Assembly: GCA_964498325.1 (NCBI GenBank)
Contig: CAZCHF010000016.1
Location: 1-52,442, forward strand
Origin: an uncultured Candidatus Kuenenia sp.
Lineage (GTDB): Bacteria; Planctomycetota; Planctomycetia; Pirellulales; UBA1268
Direction of reading: 5' to 3'
Length of the DNA: 52,442 bases
Within the stretch, counting starts at the first letter, position 1; every line of letters begins with the position of its first letter. The notes under the pieces were generated by a model, which saw only the letters and a list, made by a program, of their open reading frames with translations, ran no database searches and was not told the DNA's origin. Positions 48,301 to 52,442 of the stretch are shown piece by piece. Made by a program: the position numbers and the translations under genes.

Positions 48301-48724
48301 GCATCCGCTCGTTTTTGAGCGACCGCGACTGGCGGCGAGCGGCGTCGCCTGTATCGCCACGGCCAACGCCGCGTCCGAAGGCCGTCGCGTCCGAATCGCC
48401 GGCATCGTGCTCGTTCGCCAGCGCCCCGCGACGGCCAAGGGCATGATTTTTCTCACGATCGAAGACGAGACGGGCTCGGCCAACATCGTGGTTCGCCCTG
48501 ACATATGGAAGGCCGCCGATCACGCCGCCCGGCGTACCGCAGTGCTCATGGTCGAGGGCCGCATCCAGCGTCGTGGCGAAGTCGTGCATGTGGTCGCCAC
48601 CCGGCTCGCGACCATGCTCGGGTCGACAGATCAATGCAAGCATGACGATGCCTCACCAACCATCCCCTCGCTCCCCTCCCCTGCCCTTGCAGCCCTCCCA
48701 CGTATGTCCCGCGATTTCTGCTGA
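45341..48724 (+). CDS. dnaE2: Error-prone DNA polymerase III alpha-subunit paralog DnaE2 (ImuC)
   Basis: ATG at 45341. N-terminal PHP domain (LHCTSNFSFLQGASHPEELV). Polymerase core (…GILKVDCLALGMLTAI…IGVFQIESRAQMSM…). OB-fold C-terminus. About 1127 aa, shorter than DnaE1. Confidence 0.9.
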   Translation: MNHAVPRYAELHCTSNFSFLQGASHPEELVTRAAEFGYEALAITDLATLTGIVRAHGAAKQAGIKLIVGAQLELADAASLVVWAADAKGYANLCHLLTHGYAQAAEKPVDHDRRAPHDAASADHGKPRLFHRSAKWKKARAGFFHGQSDLDHDDDIPTHSAGACFLTRDDVARHAQGLLAGVPLAAIDHDRPGGDDQLREATHKLRHWHEIFGDRLWALAEVALEGDDAERLAWFGRVARQARVPVAAAGDVRYHARSRMPLFDVVTAVRHRSTVDTIRGRLLANGERHLHKIQRIAKRFAALPGAVERSAEIAARCTFSLDELKYEYPLATVPPGRTAAEHLADMVWKGARKRYPDGIPEKVRELVAHELAIVTDLGYEAYFLTVFDIVRFARRQNILCQGRGSAANSAICYCLGITSVDPARMNVLFERFVSRERREAPDIDVDFEHHRREEVLQYIYETYGRDRAAMTAEVISYRLRSAVRDVGKALGLSLDRIDSLATVLDVGDRIDDLPARLGEAGLDPASDTGQRLVTLVGELIGFPRHLGQHVGGMVMTRGRLVDLVPVQPATMPGRTIVQWDKDDLDELGILKVDCLALGMLTAIRRAFELVEQSGGPRLTLATVPAEDPAVYEMISRADTIGVFQIESRAQMSMLPRLRPKCFYDLVIEVAIVRPGPIQGNMVHPYLRRRNGEEAVTYPNDAIREVLEKTLGVPLFQEQAMRLAVVAAGFTPGEADQLRRAMGAWRRPGVIDEFHRKLVDGMLARGLSKEFAEHVFNQIRGFGEYGFPESHAASFALLVYVSAWLKHHHPAAFTAALLASQPMGFYAPAQLVRDARNHGVKVLPADVNASAWHATLERSEKPNAQPSLRLGLEQVYGLGEAEAERIVAARRDGSFKLPRDLVRRAKLDREALLHLARAGALASLGLSRRRAVWEAMQCLDKPASRPLLESLSDHDDTDEDGDAGGLPAMTRQEEVVADYRTGGLSLTAHPLVFERPRLAASGVACIATANAASEGRRVRIAGIVLVRQRPATAKGMIFLTIEDETGSANIVVRPDIWKAADHAARRTAVLMVEGRIQRRGEVVHVVATRLATMLGSTDQCKHDDASPTIPSLPSPALAALPRMSRDFC

Positions 48725-48775
48725 CGCAACGATGTCGGCGATCTCTCTGATTCAAACTTCCCTCTGAAAAACCGG

Positions 48776-48915
48776 CTCAGGGGTGACCGTGCCGGGCCGC
48801 CGGACGTTTGCTAAGGCCCTCCAGGCCTCCGCTGCACTCCATGGAAACTTTGCTCCGCCATCCATGGCTGCGCAAAGTTTCCAACGCCGTCGACCTCGGC
48901 ACGGTCACCCCTGAG
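48776..48915. repeat. Long nested inverted repeat (19-bp perfect outer stem ctcaggggtgaccgtgccg / cggcacggtcacccctgag; 11-bp inner stem ggaaactttgc / gcaaagtttcc) immediately downstream of dnaE2
   Basis: Seen in sequence. The inner loop contains gccatccatggc, the same core found in the 6505 and 7390 elements. Confidence 0.5.
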
Positions 48916-49232
48916 CCTCGTCGTACCCTGGTGCCAGGAAATCAGAGGGCCTGGCCTCCAAACACATATCTCTTACGCCTCTCAGCACTTCGTTCATGCA
49001 GCCAAGCTGCTTCTGGCCAAAACCGCGAGGGGTCGCCCGTGTCATGGAGCGGGCGTAGAAAACCGAGCGCAGCCTGGAGGGCGAAGCGAGGGTTTCTCCG
49101 AGCGACCGGAGGGCAGGATGCCCGAAGGAAGCGTCCCGCGACATGACACGGGCGACCCCGGCCCGGCGCGAGCAATGCCCGCTGAACCACACACTGTCCA
49201 AGTTTCAAACAACCTGGTGTACAACCCAGGGC

Positions 49233-50156
49233 ATGAACACGCCCGTCACCACTACGGATCTTCCACTCGGCGAACCGGCACGCGGCAAGGTTCGCGACTG
49301 CTACCGCCATCGCACCGAGCAGTTCGGCGACACGCTCCTGATCGTGAGCACCGATCGCATCAGTGCGTTCGACTGGATCCTGCCGACCCCGATTCCCGAC
49401 AAGGGCAAGGTGCTCACCACGATCTCCGCGTTCTGGTTCGATCTCCTCGCACGCGGTTCAGATCCGATCTCGCATCATCTGCTCACGACCGATGTCGATG
49501 CGATGGAACTTCCCGGCTCGATCGATCGCGAGCCCCTGCGCGGCCGCACGATGCTCGTGAAACGCGCCACCGTGATTCCCTTCGAGTGCGTGGTCCGCGG
49601 CTGGCTTGCCGGCTCTGGCCTCGCCGAGTACAGAAGGAGCCAGACCGTGTGTGGCGTGCCACTGCCGCCAGGCCTGGCACCGGGCGACCGGCTCCCTGAG
49701 CCCATCTTCACGCCCGCGACGAAGGCCACGAGTGGCCACGATGAGAACGTGTCGTTTGAGGTGATGGAAGCTTCGGTCGGCACTGACACGGCCGATGTGC
49801 TTCGCACCAAGAGCATCGAGGTCTACCGCCGCGGCGCCGAACATGCCGCGGCCCGCGGCATCGTGTTGGCCGACACCAAGTTCGAGTGGGGCCGGCTCAA
49901 TGACGGCTCGATCATCCTCGTCGATGAAGTGCTCACGCCCGACAGTTCGCGGTTCTGGCCCGCGACCGATGCCGGCAAGGGCCGCGTGCCAGACTCGTTC
50001 GACAAGCAGTTCGTCCGCGACTGGCTCGACCAGAGCGGCTGGGACAAGGCGAGCGAGCCACCAGCCCTCCCGAACGATGTCGTGATCCGCACCCGCGACA
50101 AGTATCTCGAAGCGTGTCGACTCATCACCGGGCGACTGCCTGACGGGTTGTCGTGA
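49233..50156 (+). CDS. purC: Phosphoribosylaminoimidazole-succinocarboxamide (SAICAR) synthase
   Basis: ATG at 49233 (MNTPVTTTDLPLGEPARGKVRDCY…). PurC motifs …LIVSTDRISAFD… and …LADTKFEWG… The listed ORF starts 30 codons upstream. Confidence 0.9.
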   Translation: MNTPVTTTDLPLGEPARGKVRDCYRHRTEQFGDTLLIVSTDRISAFDWILPTPIPDKGKVLTTISAFWFDLLARGSDPISHHLLTTDVDAMELPGSIDREPLRGRTMLVKRATVIPFECVVRGWLAGSGLAEYRRSQTVCGVPLPPGLAPGDRLPEPIFTPATKATSGHDENVSFEVMEASVGTDTADVLRTKSIEVYRRGAEHAAARGIVLADTKFEWGRLNDGSIILVDEVLTPDSSRFWPATDAGKGRVPDSFDKQFVRDWLDQSGWDKASEPPALPNDVVIRTRDKYLEACRLITGRLPDGLS

Positions 50157-50286
50157 CAGGGGAGCCACGGAACGGGCAGGTTTCCCTGAAAAACGAGCCC
50201 GTACCCGCGGGGCGAATGGCCTAGGGAAGCGGCCTTTTCGCAACTAGAATCCAATCCTCCGTTCCCCTTCCCCCCGCAGCCACGTC

Positions 50287-51426
50287 ATGCTCCGCTACTG
50301 GACCGCCGGTGAATCCCACGGCCCCGCCCTCGTCGCCCTCGTCGACGGGTTTCCTGCCGGTCTCGCCGTTGATACCGCGGCAATCAATGCCGAGCTTCAG
50401 CGTCGCCAAGGGGGCTACGGCCGCGGTGGTCGACAGCGGATCGAGACCGACACCGTCACGTTTCTCTCGGGCCTGTGGAAGGGCGTGACTCTCGGAAGCC
50501 CGCTGGCCCTGGAGGTCATCAATAAAGATGCCAAGCTCGAGCGGCTCGAGGAAGTGGATCGCCCGCGGCCCGGCCATGTCGATCTGGCGGGCGCCATCAA
50601 ACACCTCGGGGGCGTCCGAGCCGTGCTCGAAAGGGCCAGTGCCCGCGAGACGGCCGCCCGTGTGGCAGCCGGTGGCCTCGCCCGTCAGCTCCTCGCCGCG
50701 TTCGGGATCGATGTTGCCGGTTGGGTGACCGCGTTGGGTGGAGTCACGCTCGGCGATCGCACCGGCACGCTCGCCGAACTGCGCACGATCCGTGACCGCA
50801 GCAGCATCTACTCGCTCCATCCGGAGAAGGACGCCGAGATCGAGGCCCTCATCGACAAGGTCGGGAAGGATGGCGACACGCTCGGCGGCATCGTCGAGGC
50901 CCGCGTCACCGGTCTGCCCATCGGCCTCGGCACCCACGCCCAGTGGGATCGCAAGCTCGACGGCCTTCTGGCCCAGTCCGTCATGGCCGTGCAGGCGATC
51001 AAAGGGGTCGAGATCGGCATGGGGTTTGAGGCTGCCGGCCTTCGCGGTTCGCAGGTGCACGACCCGATTGGCTACGACCCGTCCACCGCAGACGGCCCGA
51101 CCCAGGGGTTCACGCGGCCCACGAACAATGCCGGTGGCCTCGAAGGAGGCACGACCAATGGACAGCCGCTCGTCATCCGCGCGGCCATGAAGCCGATCAG
51201 CACGCTTCGCAAGCCACTCGCGAGCGTGAATCTCACCACGAAGCAGCCTGAAGAGGCTGCGTATGAACGGAGTGATGTCTGCGCGGTGAGTGCGTGCAGT
51301 GTCATCGTTGAGAACGTCGTCGCCTTCACGGTCGCCCAGGCTCTCGTCGACAAGTTCGGCGGCGACAGCATCACCGAGATGAAAGCTCGCTGGAGTCTGT
51401 ACCACGACCTGGCCCACTCGCAGTAG
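50287..51426 (+). CDS. aroC: Chorismate synthase
   Basis: MLRYWTAGESHGPAL…RRQGGYGRGGRQRIE… and further conserved AroC blocks. 379 aa. Confidence 0.9.
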   Translation: MLRYWTAGESHGPALVALVDGFPAGLAVDTAAINAELQRRQGGYGRGGRQRIETDTVTFLSGLWKGVTLGSPLALEVINKDAKLERLEEVDRPRPGHVDLAGAIKHLGGVRAVLERASARETAARVAAGGLARQLLAAFGIDVAGWVTALGGVTLGDRTGTLAELRTIRDRSSIYSLHPEKDAEIEALIDKVGKDGDTLGGIVEARVTGLPIGLGTHAQWDRKLDGLLAQSVMAVQAIKGVEIGMGFEAAGLRGSQVHDPIGYDPSTADGPTQGFTRPTNNAGGLEGGTTNGQPLVIRAAMKPISTLRKPLASVNLTTKQPEEAAYERSDVCAVSACSVIVENVVAFTVAQALVDKFGGDSITEMKARWSLYHDLAHSQ

Positions 51427-51472
51427 GCAGTAATCAAGGCCCGCGTGCCGTTCGCTGCCTCGAGGAACACGG

Positions 51473-52442
51473 ATGTTCATCGCCCGCTCCACCGCCCGAA
51501 TCCGCCGCGCCCGACTGCTCTTTGTGGTGGCCGGCGTCGTGCCGACCGCGGCGCTCGTGGCATGGGCCGTTCATCTTCGAAGCGACACGTATCGCGCCCA
51601 GGTTCAAGCCCGCTGGCAGGAAGCCACCGGCCTCCCGATCGTCGTGGGCAGAATCGACCACCCGCTGCCCGGCGTCACGAGGGCCCATGACTGCATGCTG
51701 CCCCCGGCAGCCGGACGTCCTGCCGTCGCCCTTCCGCTTGTCGAGATCGAATCGTCGGCTGACGAGGATCGCGTCCGTATCGACGCGCTGGCGTGCGACG
51801 CTGAAACGGCAGCCATCGCCATCGACCTCGCTGGCCGATGGCTTGTCGACGACATCCGATTTCGCCGCGCCTGCGTCGTCGAAGTCGCGAACTTTTCCTG
51901 GGGGAACGCGTCTCCTCACGATGACCACACGATTGGCTCCGCCCCGGCGTCTCTCCGCGTCGAGTGCGTCATGCACGACGGTTCGCGGGCGATTCGGATC
52001 GTGCGACGAGACACCACGGACGACGAGATTCGAATCGTGCGGCATCCACCTGATCCGTCCGGGGCGACGCCGGCCTACGACATCAACGCGACCATCACCA
52101 CGCCGATCCCTGTGGTCATTCTGGCGTCCCTGGCAGGTGGCCACACTGCTGGCCTGACCTCGGCGGGGCCACACGCCGCCGTGACCGGCTCCCTCCTCGC
52201 ATCGTGTGCCGACGACGGCTGGCGGGGCGAGGCGCGAGGCCGCGTCACCGGAATTGACCTCGCCGCGGCGGCCGCCGCCGTCGGTGATCGTGCCTCGGGG
52301 ACCGCCAGCCTCGAGATCAGCAGGTTGACCGTGACTGGCGGCCGCGTCCGCGACGCGCTCGCCGAGGTCACCGTCAGTGCCGGCCACGTCGATCGCCGGC
52401 TCTTTGATCGCGTCGTCCTCGCACTCGGGGCCCGGCCGGGTG
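51473..52442 (+). CDS. Hypothetical protein with N-terminal membrane anchor, 3' end beyond the window
   Basis: ATG at 51473. No stop codon through the window end, so the ORF is absent from the supplied list. GC3-rich codon use. N-terminal hydrophobic helix LLFVVAGVVPTAALVAWAV. A 317-aa antisense ORF (51434..52387) is the alternative reading. Confidence 0.4.
   Translation, partial: MFIARSTARIRRARLLFVVAGVVPTAALVAWAVHLRSDTYRAQVQARWQEATGLPIVVGRIDHPLPGVTRAHDCMLPPAAGRPAVALPLVEIESSADEDRVRIDALACDAETAAIAIDLAGRWLVDDIRFRRACVVEVANFSWGNASPHDDHTIGSAPASLRVECVMHDGSRAIRIVRRDTTDDEIRIVRHPPDPSGATPAYDINATITTPIPVVILASLAGGHTAGLTSAGPHAAVTGSLLASCADDGWRGEARGRVTGIDLAAAAAAVGDRASGTASLEISRLTVTGGRVRDALAEVTVSAGHVDRRLFDRVVLALGARPG

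Noticed and set aside
49085-49195. RNase P RNA or tmRNA in the dnaE2-purC intergenic region
   Set aside because: No GGAAAGUCCGGGCUCC (P4) or ACAGAACCCGGCUUA motifs on either strand, and no tRNA-like T-arm (GGUUCGAAUCC). Only the weak SRP-like motif remains, and it is reported as a finding.
48725-49232. Short ORFs (60-120 aa) on both strands in the dnaE2-purC gap
   Set aside because: Mutually overlapping, with no motifs. The region is better explained by the large inverted repeat and a possible ncRNA or 5' leader.
50221-51492. 423-aa minus-strand ORF
   Set aside because: Antisense to aroC (chorismate synthase).
51434-52387. 317-aa minus-strand ORF at the right edge
   Set aside because: It competes with the unlisted plus-strand ORF running from the ATG at 51473 to the window end. 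The plus-strand ORF is preferred because of its N-terminal membrane-anchor-like helix and its GC3 bias. However, strand assignment here is genuinely uncertain.
1-52442. Mobile elements, prophage, CRISPR arrays, tRNA or rRNA genes
   Set aside because: No transposase, integrase, phage structural or Cas protein signatures were found in any frame. No repeat-spacer periodicity is present. No T-loop GTTCGAATC-type tRNA signatures occur outside coding sequence. The region reads as core or accessory chromosomal DNA.

Overview
High-GC (~67%) bacterial chromosomal segment, probably from a Planctomycetota-like genome. Supporting signs are Planctomycete-type secreted DUF1598-like and PQQ-propeller proteins, H4MPT-pathway-like genes, many lipoproteins and an elaborate Ser/Thr kinase. 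Coding density is high on both strands, and many six-frame ORFs are antisense shadows typical of GC-rich DNA. No rRNA, tRNA, CRISPR array, transposase or integrase was recognised. Recognisable content in order: (1) 3' end of a cation/H+ antiporter. (2) A SUF Fe-S assembly locus, sufR-like regulator, standalone NuoB-family protein, sufC, sufB, sufD, and a Rieske-[2Fe-2S]::SufT(DUF59) fusion, with near-identical GC-rich palindromic repeats after sufD and after the Rieske-SufT gene. (3) A translationally coupled trio, ATP-grasp / hydantoinase-like / amino-acid-kinase-like, reminiscent of H4MPT-methanopterin pathway accessory genes. (4) A divergent unit with a secreted DUF1598-like protein and a PQQ-like beta-propeller protein opposite an FHA-GAF-sigma54 activator. 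(5) pyrB-pyrC plus a NYN/YacP-like gene. (6) Lipoprotein, MacB-type ABC ATPase, double-FtsX permease, and a second PQQ-propeller paralog. (7) The most unusual gene: a membrane Hanks-type Ser/Thr kinase whose periplasmic portion is a di-heme cytochrome c peroxidase (CCP/MauG) domain, followed by a beta-propeller lipoprotein. (8) MscS channel, lipoprotein, DMT protein, mqnB and mqnD (futalosine pathway). (9) ECF sigma factor, anti-sigma factor fused to a vWA domain, and a secreted protein with a possible cysteine-peptidase His/Cys dyad. (10) Small membrane protein, NfeD(YqiJ) and flotillin. (11) A BASS transporter and a prokaryotic pentameric ligand-gated ion channel homolog. (12) The imuA-imuB-dnaE2 mutagenesis cassette preceded by a GTAC-N4-GTAC palindrome overlapping a promoter-like sequence. 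(13) purC, aroC and a partial ORF. All functional calls rest on motif-level reading of the translations and have not been searched against databases.
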